DNA of 64,000 nt from Podarcis cretensis (lineage: Eukaryota). Shown here one piece after another: positions 1 to 11,470 of this stretch (its first letter is position 1; each line of letters opens with the position of its first letter). The stretch is taken from positions 75,144,001 to 75,208,000 of the forward strand of contig OX638155.1 in the NCBI GenBank assembly GCA_951804945.1. Reading direction: 5' to 3'. The position numbers were made by a program, and so were the translations under genes. The notes beneath the pieces were generated by a model. That model did not search any database. It was not told the origin of the DNA and saw nothing but the letters and a program-made list of their open reading frames with translations.

Positions 1-179
1 TAATACAGAAGCGACAACAAAAACAATTGTAAGGTCTATTTTTAAGAAGTGTAAGAAAAGTTACTCGTCATAACAAATATATTTGGACTGTTGCTTTCTC
101 CCAACACCACCACCTCTGCCTCTTCAAGATCAAGCCCAGTGAAATAGCAAATGTTCCTCCACTTTATACAAATAGCTCA

Positions 180-467
<288 letters not shown>

Positions 468-583
468 TCACTGATTAAACTCATACATTTCATTACAAAC
501 AGACTCAGAAAATTAAACACAACTTACATTACCCTTGTTCTCATTCCCGCAGGTTTTTTTGTGTGAGGTAGGGGAAAAGGAAG

Positions 584-627
<44 letters not shown>

Positions 628-855
628 ATGCATTTCTATGTGTTAATCTATATTTTGTGACTGGGTAGGAGGACGAAGATTGCTTACACTGAAGCCATTG
701 CTCATCATTTACAGAAGCGATGAATGAGTTTTGTTTGCCTTTTTAAAGGCAATCAAATGTAACTTCCCAAACTAAAATTGCTTTTTGTAACAGTGTCATT
801 TGAATTTGGTGAAACATGCAAGTTGAGGACAAGTTTGTTCTGAGATGTACTAAAG

Positions 856-990
856 CAGGCATAGGCAAACTCAGCCCTCCAGATGTTTTGGTACTACAAC
901 TCCCATCATTCCTAGCTAACAGGACCAGTGGTCAGGGATGATGGGAGTTGTAGTCCCAAAATATCTGGAGGGCCGAGTTTGCCTATGCCT
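856..990. mobile_element. Palindromic hAT-type MITE (~135 bp)
   Basis: Long terminal inverted repeats (CAGGCATAGGCAAACTC...GAGTTTGCCTATGCCT). Same family as 8680 and 23312. Confidence 0.85.
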
Positions 991-1073
991 AGGAAGGTTT
1001 TATTATTAAACTGCAGTGCAGTAATCATCTGTATTAAGCAAAGAAAGAAAAACAATATTGTCAGGAATGATAC

Positions 1074-1361
1074 TGAAATATGAAGCTAAGCAAAAGAACA
1101 AAATTAGTTACAACCTCAACACTTTATCCATTACACCACATTACAATTATGAGCACATTCCATGAAGACACTATTGAAATACTTGGGAATTTTTTAATCA
1201 AGAAAAAGGTGTCTCAATTGTTCTAGAGACACCTTTTTCTTGATTAAAAAATTCCCAAGTACAGTATTTCAATAGCCTCTTGATGGAATGTGCTCACAAT
1301 TGTAATGTGGTGTAATGGATAAAGTATCTAATTTTGTCCTGTTGCTTAGCTTCATATTTCA
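1074..1361. repeat. Long imperfect inverted repeat (fold-back), ~140-bp arms, 10-nt spacer
   Basis: Inner arms TACTTGGGAATTTTTTAATCAAGAAAAAGGTGTCTC / GAGACACCTTTTTCTTGATTAAAAAATTCCCAAGTA are exactly complementary; the outer arms carry mismatches and indels. Confidence 0.92.
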
Positions 1362-1711
1362 ATAGTGTGTGGATGGACTATGTTAACAACTGAAATCTAG
1401 TGCAATGGATAAAGTGTTGGGGTTGCCTCCTTTGCTCTTCCAAAGGCTCTCCCAGTTCTCTGGGACAGTTTTTTTTTCCTTTTTGGGGTGGGGTAGGCTG
1501 AAAAGGAAAGGAGGAATCAATAAAACACTAATTTACTTCCATCCATGGGAGTCCTCCACTGAACTGAACAATAGAAGAGAAACAGTTGGATATACCATTT
1601 GGATGAAAGCCAGAGTGATCCATATTCAAATCATCACACAGATCTTAATTTAACCCAATCTGTGTTTCTCAGTCTTATCCTACCCTGAGGCTATTTTGAG
1701 GATACAGTGGA

Positions 1712-1935
1712 GAAAGAAGAAGAAGAATTTGGATTTGATACCCCACTTTATCACTACCCTAAGGAGTCTCAAAGTGGCTAACAATCTCCTTTTCCCTTCC
1801 TCCCCCACAACAAACACTCTGAGAGACTTCAGAGAAGTGTGACTAGCCCAAGGTGAATGTGGAAGAGTGGGGATGCGAACCTGGTTCACCAGATTATGAG
1901 TCCACCGCTCTTAACCACTACACCACACTGGCTGC
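1712..1935 (-). mobile_element. tRNA-derived SINE (Squam3-like), internally deleted
   Basis: Minus-strand head AGCCAGTGTGGTGTAGTGGTTAAGAGCGG..GGTTCGCATCC and a (TTC)n tail; homologous to 47361-47598. Confidence 0.8.
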
Positions 1936-2366
1936 TAACCACATATGGCACTCTGAATGCAGCAAGTCCAACACTAGGAGCCAGTGCAAGTGCATCAGAA
2001 GACTGGGGTAGCCAGTCAATTAAAGCAACTCTGCACACTGTGGCCCCAAAAATTCCTCAATTTAGTTTTGTGCCATCTGAAAAAAGTACTTCCTTTACTC
2101 ATTAATCTTCCAACATCCAGCTTTTCCTCATCTCTTCTGTCAATTATGACTGAATTCTTCTGACTGCATTATATTGTCAAGTGTGAGTTACGTAGTTACC
2201 AAGTTGTATCTCTTTATAATGTATTTATCACCATCACCATTATACTGTGGGGGTTATTATTTTTGTTTGTTACTATGTTCTGTATCTTTATGTTTTTATA
2301 TTGTAAACTGCCCTGTGATTCTTGGATGAAGGGTGTTATAGAAATTTAAGAAATAATAATTATTAT

Positions 2367-2512
2367 CAGTGCTTTCTTGGGGGGGGATGCAGGGGTACGC
2401 ATACCCCTAAACATTTTGTGAATCTAAGTTTGGCCTCATTGAGGGGCAGGATTTCAATATGAGTAGGAAAATGAGAGTACCCCTAAACATTTTTTTTAGA
2501 AAAAAAGCACTG
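2367..2512. mobile_element. hAT MITE (CAGTGCTTT termini)
   Basis: Terminal inverted repeats CAGTGCTTT/AAAGCACTG; a closely similar inverted copy lies at 51206-51364. Confidence 0.8.
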
Positions 2513-3951
2513 ATGATGGTGATGATTTATGTTTGATGACATTATGTTATTATTAATTGGTTTACTTGTAGTTTTGTTTGAATTTGTTGGCATGTCTTAT
2601 AATTGTCTCCAAAATACTGTGATATTTATTTAATGCTTATCGTGAGATGCCGTGGACATGGTGCACCAAAGGGAAAGGACATGTAACTAAAAACTAAACT
2701 AAAGGTAGACTATTACATTTCTACTTTGCCTATTCAGTGTGATAATATTAAAAAGTGCCCCTCTGTCATTAGGACCTTCTGGGTTCTATCCTTTTCATAC
2801 CTAAGTATTTTCTTGACTCTGGCAGCAAATTATATCAGGTTGCTATGCTTAGCAATTTACATTTATCGTGATTTACCTCCACTAGTATACCACTACATTG
2901 ACTGGAATAGATCTGCAGTGGTCAGAGACACTGAAATGAATGGCTTATCTCTGTGGGGAAGGACTTTTTAAATCATTCTGTCAGCTGCCATGCAGAAAGT
3001 GATCTTCAACTTCCAGCTGTTCAGAAAGTGTGTAAGGTCCCTACATTATCAGTCACAGTTATTTATCTTAGGAATGCAGTGATGAATGAAGCTCACTACA
3101 AGACCACAAGGCAAGTATGAACAGTGCATTTTGGTAACCTTTGATTGAATTCCCCATGTATATAAACAAAAAGTGATTCTAGTGAACAACCCCAAATCCT
3201 TGATCTCAAATGTCCTTTTTGTGTCAGAGCAATTCCAGAATAAAGGTTGGCAGTCCACCTGCATGCTAGTTATATGCCAGCCCATCATCAAAAACTTCAA
3301 AAATAGCCTCCCCACATTCATAGTGTGAAAATGGGGCAGCAAAAGCGAGGAGGCTCTTTTGACTCAGCAATACAGTATGTTGAGGGTAAACTGGGAATTA
3401 CAGATACATAAAATTATTACACGAAGCTATAGAATCTAAGGAGGCTGAGTTAATTTATAAGGTCTCTTTATCCAACCCATGGGACTTTCTACAGGTCAAG
3501 CCCCTCACCTGTCCTGCTCTTTGCCCAGTGTGCTTTTGAGTAGCTGGAATGTATTCTCAATGTTGTTTTCCTTGATGGTGGATATACAGGGCGGTCTTTC
3601 AAAAGAGGCCCCATGGAACATGTGTACTCTGTATCCACAGGGCCTCTTTTAAAGGACTCACCCTGTAGAAGGTGTGTAGAAACACTTTGGCTTTTATGCA
3701 GCTTACATTTAGCCTATGGTGCAAAAGTATAAGTTGCATCTATTGTTCCTCTTCATTTTGGCTCTGGATCTACCTGCTATGAGGCCCTCAGGCTGAAAAA
3801 TGGTTTCCTGCCCCATTTTAAGTCAACTTTTGCACTTGGTGTCATTTGTAGTCATCATCCTGCTGAAGAACTTTATGAGAAAATAGAAACTCAAAACTAG
3901 AACGAAAATTATGAAAAATGTGTTGTGGTTATGAAAAATGTAATTCTATAC

Positions 3952-4068
3952 CTTTTCCATGAGTAACATCTACAGTCCATGTGCAATTCAGTGAATTGGG
4001 ATACAATTCAGGATAGCCTGGAGATAAAATAGTCCCACTTGGTCCTCTAACATCTCCGCCGCACAAAG
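3952..4068 (-). CDS. CSMD3: CSMD3 exon (117 nt), first part of CUB domain (ALCGGDVRGPSGTILSPGYPELYPNSLNCTWTVDVTHGK)
   Basis: Lies inside ORF 3929..4147. Acceptor ttcag|CT, donor AAAG|gtatag; phase 1-1. Confidence 0.95.
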
Positions 4069-4634
4069 CTGAAAAGGGTGGGGGGAGAAATGTAGTAGGC
4101 ACATAAACACAGGCAGTCATATTAAAACTAAGCATGTGAAATAGCAAGTTGAAATTCTATTATCTCCGTTTAAACAATAGCCTATATGTGGGAGTGCCAA
4201 CAGTTCCCTTGGGTGACAAATCTCTAATTGTAGCCAATATTTACACAAAGTGCTCTGAAAGGAAACATGATTAATTAATTGTTGAGAAGCTTTGGTAATA
4301 AGTATTAAGAAAATGAATTGCTAATTATACTGGTTGATCTGAGAAAATTCCTAGTTGGGGCGGGGGGATGTTTCCATAATAAGAATGGAAATTATTTATA
4401 TTTCAGAATCACACTGAATACTAAACACCAATATAAGTCTATCTGGGAAAGGGGTATGCAACTGAGGAAGATATATTAAAGAGAGCTGGAAATAGCTTCT
4501 GCATGCTGTGCACATGTGGTTCTTTTGTCCCATATCACTAATCAGTTTTTAAAGTCTCTGAAACAAATTAAAAAGTATAGGTGTGTATCAAAACACACAG
4601 ACAATGACTTACTTACATGGAAGTAAACAATATA

Positions 4635-4898
4635 CAGTGGTACCTCAGGTTAAGTACTTAATTCATTCTGGAGGTCCTGAAACTGTTCTTAACTTTAAGC
4701 ACTACTTTAGCTAATGGGGCCTCCTGCTGCTGCCGTGCTGCCGGAGCCCGATTTCTGTTCTCATCCTGAAGCAAAGTTCTTAACCTGAAGGACTATTTCT
4801 GGGTTAGCGGCGTCTTTAACCTGAAGCATATGTAACCTGAAGCGTATGTAACCTGAAGCGTATGTAACCTGAAGCGTATGTAACTTGAGGTATCACTG
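4635..4898. mobile_element. Tc1/mariner (Tigger-like) MITE with an internal 16-bp tandem repeat
   Basis: TA|CAGTGGTACCTCAGGTTA...TAACTTGAGGTATCACTG|TA; about four copies of TAACCTGAAGCGTATG at 4817-4885. Confidence 0.85.
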
Positions 4899-4989
4899 TA
4901 TCTTTATTCAGTCTAATAGCAGTGCAGGCTTCTGCAGCAAGCACAAAGCCATGGTCAAGATCCCAAGGTACATTAACTAGGGAACCAGA

Positions 4990-5320
4990 GAACTGTAGAA
5001 CTGGAAAGTACCCTAGTTCAAAGACCTCAAAGGAAGGAGAGTCTGAGGCAGTCCGTTCTACTATCGAACAACTCTTACCATTAGAAAGTTCTTCCTGATG
5101 TTTAGTTGGAATCTCTTTCTTGTAACTTGAAACCATTGGTTCGATCATTACCTTCCGGAGCAGGAGGAAACAAGTTTGCTCCATCCTCCATGTGATATTT
5201 GAAGATGGCTATCATATCTCCCATCAGTCTCCTCTTCTCAAGGATAAACATACCCAACTCCCTCAACCGTTCTGCATAAGGTCCTTAATCTTCTGAGTTG
5301 CTTTCCTCTGGTACACCTTT
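4990..5320 (-). mobile_element. CR1 LINE 3' fragment
   Basis: Minus strand reads as the CR1 ORF2 end (RLRELGMF..EKRRLMGDMIAIFKY; KNFL). Confidence 0.7.
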
Positions 5321-6077
5321 TAGCTGCAGTTTGTATCGTATTTTAATATTTGTGGGCTGGATTATGAACACTGGCTAGGATTAGAGGTTGGATCTGCATA
5401 GGTTTTTTATTTTATTTCGTAAGACTATTTGAGAGGGTTTTACCCTTAAAGACAGCTGATAAGTATTTAAAAAAACAAAAACAAACAAATAGTCATCCCC
5501 ACACAAGCATAAGTTTTATGTAACTCATTTCCTAAACTCTCTTATTCTTTCCATGTCAACTTTCCCCCACTCATCTACATCCCCCATCTCACATCACATC
5601 TCTCATCCCATTCTCATGGATTAAAGAATTTCTAATACATCACATCTAACACAAAGCCTATGCAAATGCCCACGCTCCTGCCTTGGAGAACGGACTTTTT
5701 GAAAGAATATCTTCTATGACAGCATTTACTGAAAATATAATTCCCTTTCACCTTAATTGGAATTTGCTTCTCTTGTCCAATTTTTGATATAGATCCTTAG
5801 CTGGCTCCTAAATCCTAGCTCCATTTATTATTTTCAAATAAAGCACAGTAACTGTATTGGTCTATTATATCAAATAGCAGAGACATTAAAATAATTCCAT
5901 ATGTTCGGACCAACCAGTATTCCATAGCGCAAAGGCTTTTGCAATACTGTTTAGTCTGCTTGAACTTTAGAGGTATTACTGCATCTTGTTTTAGGCCAGC
6001 AACACTAATAGCATATGGTCATAATCTAATGACTATGAACTTTTATATAAAGACTGAGAATTTCACCTTGTTTTACA

Positions 6078-6116
<39 letters not shown>

Positions 6117-8679
6117 TTGCTAAGTTATGCAAAATGCCATACCCATTTTTCAAGCACATTGCCAGAATACCATCTGGATGCTCAGTGCACTTATAACTCA
6201 GATCATGTGCATTTTCCTACTAGTGCTGCAGCAAAATATGTTGCAAAATACTAGTGGGGCCATTTGTATATGTGTCCCCTCCCCATCCAAACCAAATAAT
6301 TTGTGCATGTGTAGCAAATCTAAGGATCAGATTTCAACAACTCCTGTTCCAAAAACTCAACGTCTAAAGTTACATTCTAACTGATTCCAAATATAAAATC
6401 CATCTTATCATATAAAAAGGATGGTAAGTGAAATGTGTGTTGGAAATACAGCAAGAAAAGGATACAAATGAACAGAAGCAGGACACAAACAATTGTCAGC
6501 TGCTATCCATTGAACCATGTGCCATTGCACAACTATACAACTTGCAAATGGGTTTAAGAACTTTACTGACTTATATTCATAAATGGCATAATCATTAACC
6601 ATTTAACTGCAGCCTTCACTAGCCTGAAGCCTTACTCCTCTGATGAGAGCTGGCTGATATCATTGTTCTGCTCCTCACCTTGTTAAATTATCAGATTCTG
6701 AATGATCAGCAACACAATGTGTTCGTGTTTATCACAAGCATTCCTTGGGTCAAATGCGCTCAAGCCAGCAATCCATGAGAAGTTTGTTGTGGTGAACCTC
6801 CACTTAGTAACTTGATGCCATATGATGCTCATCAGTGCATCGACATTACTCTCACCCATTGAAATCTACACTATACCCTCCCATTGTGACCTATTTAGCT
6901 GGTAGACACCTTGGTGAATTGAACCAAATCCAAAGGCATTATAGTAGTATGGAGTAGGCAAATAAAAAGCTTATTAGCCAGTTTGGAACATGAATTCAAC
7001 CTCATCCAATTACCAGGTAGTCCAGTGCTGTCAAACTGGGGGGTAGGCAACCTGTTATTGCTGCTTCAAGTTGAGTGAAAACCAAATCCCTGGACCCCTG
7101 CCCACTTTCTACCACCTCTACTACTACCACCACTTGGGGAGAAATTATTTTCTAAAAGTCAATGAGTTTACAAAACCCAGACATTTCCTTCCAAGACTGT
7201 CCTTGACTTGGCAATCCTCCATGCCTTATAGGAAAAACTATACTTGTTCTTAGCCAAAAGGCCGAGAAACATTCTCACTTTATGAAAACTAGTGTCTAAC
7301 TAAAGGAAACAATTGAGTGGAATGGATCCAACTCTTGAGTTCATACAAGGGACAGACCTCTCTCCAGTGGTCAATTCCAAACTAGCCCCAAAACATTACT
7401 CTGGAAGAACCAATAGGGTAAGGGAATTAAAATGAATTCAGCCATGAATCCATAAATGGGCTAGAATAAACATACCCAATCTTGCCTTTAGAGGATATTT
7501 ATTCAGTGAACAATTGCCATTTAGAAGGGGGGGGGGAATAATCTCATTTACTTAATTAATTGCACACTAGTTCAGCATCTCAAGGAAGAAATTTGTCACA
7601 ATATGTAATGTTATTGCACAGCAGAGAAAACTGTTCACAGAGAGCTCCTTAATAGTGTTTATTTTTAGACTATAAGCATGTGGTGCATAAGAAAACATTG
7701 CTTCTATTCTTCGGTAGTGTATTCTACTCAGTAAAGAGATCCTGATACATATCCTAACTACAGTAGCATCGCCATGGACGATTGCAAGTGAGGTATGGAG
7801 AATGGTTTTCTGCAGCTAGAGTAGCAAAGCTTTGAACAGCTGGCTTGACAACTATGTCGCTGAGTTCAACCCTCCCACAACGGCGATCTCTCCAAGGCAG
7901 CCTTCTAACTTACGGAAGAGTGTCAGGGAAGCTACATGTTACTTCTCTGGGATTACATGTAACAGGGGAAACAAATGTTGTTTCAGTGTTGTGTAAGGAA
8001 TTTCCAAATCTGGTTTCCATGTTAGGATAAAACTGAAACAGCACAGAATGAGAAACAGGACCTTTGAAAAGCAAAAAGAGTCAACTGAACTCAGCTTTTT
8101 TTTTTTTAATGTTACAAAGTTTATAACATTGAAATAGAAATGGGGGGAGGGGAGGAATACAAAAATGAAGTGGAAACAAGATTGGAAAAATGAGAAGATT
8201 GGGACTGGAAAACGAAGCAGCAACTGAAGCAGAGGATTTTGCAGTGAAGCCAGGAACATTCACATTGTTAAAGTCACTTTCTGCTTGCAGACCAGCTTTT
8301 AGATCATTGCTGCAACCTAATAAATTATGGCCACAGCACAGCCGTGCTAAAGTCTGAGTATCATATGAGGTATGAATCATTAAGAAACAAATATTGAAGA
8401 CCTGATACCTCAGGGTTCAGGACCAGTTTTTTTATGGGCAGAATAATTAGCCTTGTAGGAGTGTTGGAGTGGATTTTACTACCTGCTAGCCTATGAAGAT
8501 CATTAATTTTATTATTACAAGAGAGCTGTTATCAGGAGAGAGAAGGTGTCCTGATATTTGCTTCTTCAAGAAGAGCTAGGTTTTCTCTTGCCAAGCATTT
8601 CAGCAAAAGAAAAAGTGGAACATTTCATACTTTTACAGCAATTTTTAAAAGTCTATACTGCACTGGATATTTCTTAGAG

Positions 8680-8810
8680 CAGGCATAGGCAAACTCAGCC
8701 CTCCAGATGTTTTGGGACTACAACTCATCCCTGACCACTGGTCCTGTTAGCTAGGGATGATGGGAGTTGTAGTCCCAAAACATCTGGAGGGCCGAGTTTG
8801 CCTATGCCTG
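8680..8810. mobile_element. Palindromic hAT-type MITE
   Basis: Terminal inverted repeats CAGGCATAGGCAAACTC; perfect 8-bp TSD TCTTAGAG. Confidence 0.92.
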
Positions 8811-9635
8811 TCTTAGAGCATGGGGATCAGGAATCTGTAACTGTACCTGACTAGAGTAGATGGGGACTCAACATCAAAATTAGATTACTGCAACACATTG
8901 TACATAGGGCTGCCTCTGAAGACAGTTCAGAAACCTCAGCTGGTGCAGAATTCGGTGGCCAGGTTGCTCACTGGGGCAAGATGTTTGAGCATATTACACC
9001 AATCCTGGCCCAATTCAAAGTGTTGGTTTGACCTATAAAGCCTTAAATGGCTCAGGATTGCAAGAACTCAAAACAAAATTAAAACAAAAACACTTTTCTC
9101 CCCATATAAACATCCCAGGTCCTAGTCTGACACTCTAACCACTGCACCATGCTGGCTCTCTACCTCTTCCCATATAAACAGACCTGGACTCTGCATTTAT
9201 CACCTGAGGCCCTTCTTTTCCATGAGAGGGTTGGTACCTCAAAAGAGGCCTTTTATGCAGTGGCTCCATTTTTGGACTGTTCTCCCCAGGGCAGTTTGGC
9301 TTTCCTTATACACTTTTAGGCACCAGGAGTAAATGTTCCACTTCAATGAGGTCTTGGGCTGATTAATATTCTACAGCCTTTCAAATGTGTAGGGGGAGGC
9401 AGGCTCCTTCAGCAAAATTATTGAGCAGGATAACATATTTTCCTCCAGATGTTGTTGGCCTACAATATTCATCATCCTTTAGTTTATTAACAAGTAAACC
9501 TGGACTCTTTAGTTCATAAACAAGCAGAAGAATCAGGTTTGCAAAAGTAGGACCAGCCTCTCTCCTTCCTTATCACAAAGCTAGCACTGATAAATCTGAA
9601 AGCCGGTGTGATGGACACGCCATAGATGATATTTT

Positions 9636-10001
9636 TGTTGGGATATTGCCAGGGAGACGGAGGCATCAGGCAGGCCCCTAATCATTTCCGGACGATCACC
9701 GGTCTCCCGTGGAGCAGCATCAGTCAATTAGCGACATGAGCCTCAGAGACATTCCAAGACCCGTGCACACCCTGTTAGCAGAGTCTCCACAACGAAAGGA
9801 TGAACAGGACAGCATATTTACAGCTTTACTCAATGTAGATCAGACCAAAGGAAAAACATGACTGCTTGCCTCCGTGTCCAGGAAAACAGCCAGAACAAAA
9901 GCTATATGCAAAACGGAAGTTCCCAGCGAGCTAGAAGTAAACAGGCATGTGACACACAACAGCCTGTTCCCTTTTTAAGGTGGAACGGAAATATCCTAAC
10001 A
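9636..10001 (-). mobile_element. Solo LTR (366 bp), probably Gypsy-type
   Basis: TG...CA ends with an 11/12 terminal inverted repeat (TGTTGGGATATT / AATATCCTAACA) and a perfect 5-bp TSD ATTTT. Strand inferred from TATA-like CATATAG (~9905) and AGTAAA (~9827) on the minus strand. Confidence 0.85.
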
Positions 10002-10030
10002 ATTTTGTGCTAATTTGAACTGATTCTTAC

Positions 10031-10219
10031 CATCACAGGTAGGGAGTGGATGGCTCCACCAGTGGTTCTTTTCACACAGCAAAGGTTCTTCATGGCTGAG
10101 CCTATATCCTGGGTCACACCCAAATGATACCGTTGAGCCAATAGAAAAGTCGTGCCCATAACGACGACCATGAACAGGTATGCCAGGATCCAAACAAGAA
10201 TAGGTGTTTACGGTTACAC
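10031..10219 (-). CDS. CSMD3: CSMD3 exon (189 nt), Sushi domain (VTVNTYSCLDPGIPVHGRRYGHDFSIG...WWSHPLPTCD)
   Basis: Lies inside ORF 9996..10247. Acceptor tccag|GT, donor GATG|gtaaga; phase 1-1. Confidence 0.95.
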
Positions 10220-10482
10220 CTGGAGTGGAAGGGAACAAATGTTCCAAATATTAAATGGAAAAAAAAGGACTGAGAAATATAGTCTAACACGGTCGATTAA
10301 TATATCCATGCATAATGAAACTGGGAGTATTCAGCGGGAAGCAGTAAGGAAAAAAGGGAAAGCTTCTCTAACACGTGTGAATGGTGTTTGTGGAAGTATT
10401 ATGTAAATGAGGCTATGCGAAATGCACGTGTGTTGTGAACAGTGTGAGTGAGAGCATAAATCTGGATATGAAGGGATGGCTA

Positions 10483-10507
10483 GGAGGGAGGGAGGGAGGG
10501 AGGGAGG

Positions 10508-10559
<52 letters not shown>

Positions 10560-10563
10560 AAAG
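10483..10563. repeat. Compound (GGGA)n(GAAA)n microsatellite
   Basis: Directly visible. Other microsatellites: (AT)n ~587-624 and ~6082-6115, (GATT)n ~40645-40684, (TAT)n ~44691-44733, (ATA)n ~46741-46779, (TTG)n ~49629-49668, (CAT)n ~54807-54840, (TATG)n ~62827-62861. Confidence 0.95.
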
Positions 10564-11282
10564 AGCACTATGCTGACATAAAAAACCAACTCATGGAAGC
10601 ACACAAAAGCCACAGACTGCACAAGTGAAGTAATTCAGTTCTGGGAACTGCTTCCTATAAATGTTGCCAATTAATCTCACACCTGTTGAGAATAAATCCA
10701 AATTAAATCATCAACTGTTTTCCATAAAACCTGGGCACTCTGTTTTGATGGGAAGCCCATCACCTACCTAAAGAATTGCCCAAACTTCTAATTATGTAGG
10801 GCTGCTCAATAACTTAACTAGAATATGACATCAGTGAACCAAATCCAATGTCACACTGGTTTCTCAAGTTCTGAGCAACCCATGTTAACTTTCCCTTATA
10901 GCACTATTCATTTAAAAGTCTTAGCAAATTTGGGCCATTTGCAGGTGTTACAAAAGCTATTCCAGAATAATTTGCAATAAAATGCTGGTGAATTTTCATG
11001 AATAGTTTTTTTTAGAAATTCAAACTGATGCAGAAATGAATTTAAGACTGGGGGGGAAATGAGAAACTAAGAGAAACCAAAACTGATCGATGTGTTCTTT
11101 TTCATTAGCACCGATAAATGGGTGCTATGTTAATCCATACAGCTGTTGACAACAGATATACACATAGAGAAAGAAGAAAAATGTATGAAATGTGTGTTCA
11201 TGCAAGCATGCACATACACGAAATAAACAAGTCTGATGCTACAAAATAACCTTAGATACTAAGGAAAGCAAAAGCTACTTAC

Positions 11283-11470
11283 TTTCATAGTGGATTTTGA
11301 ATCCATTGTTAGAACGACTGTTGTCTGTTGTAAACAGAAGGTAAATGAAATTGGTACTACTGAACAGAAATTGGGGGACCTGTGTACCATTGTAAGATCC
11401 TAGAAGTGGTGAGAGAAGATTTGGTCCATCGTGCACTTCCAGAACATCGTAATTGAGTTCTGTCTGGAAT
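11283..11470 (-). CDS. CSMD3: CSMD3 exon (188 nt), second part of CUB domain (FQTELNYDVLEVHDGPNLLSPLLGSYNG...NNGFKIHYE)
   Basis: Lies inside ORF 11275..11487. Acceptor catag|A, donor GAAA|gtaagt; phase 2 to 1. Confidence 0.95.

Noticed and set aside
4817-4885. Regular 16-bp repeats, and the triple CTGG(G)TTTCCCCAG at ~13068-13133, as CRISPR-like arrays
   Set aside because: Eukaryotic context with no unique spacers; these are slippage expansions within a MITE and an L2 tail.
9996-10247. ORF-track start and stop codons around CSMD3 exons as stand-alone genes
   Set aside because: The N- and C-terminal extensions are intronic read-through; splice sites and phases define the real coding limits.
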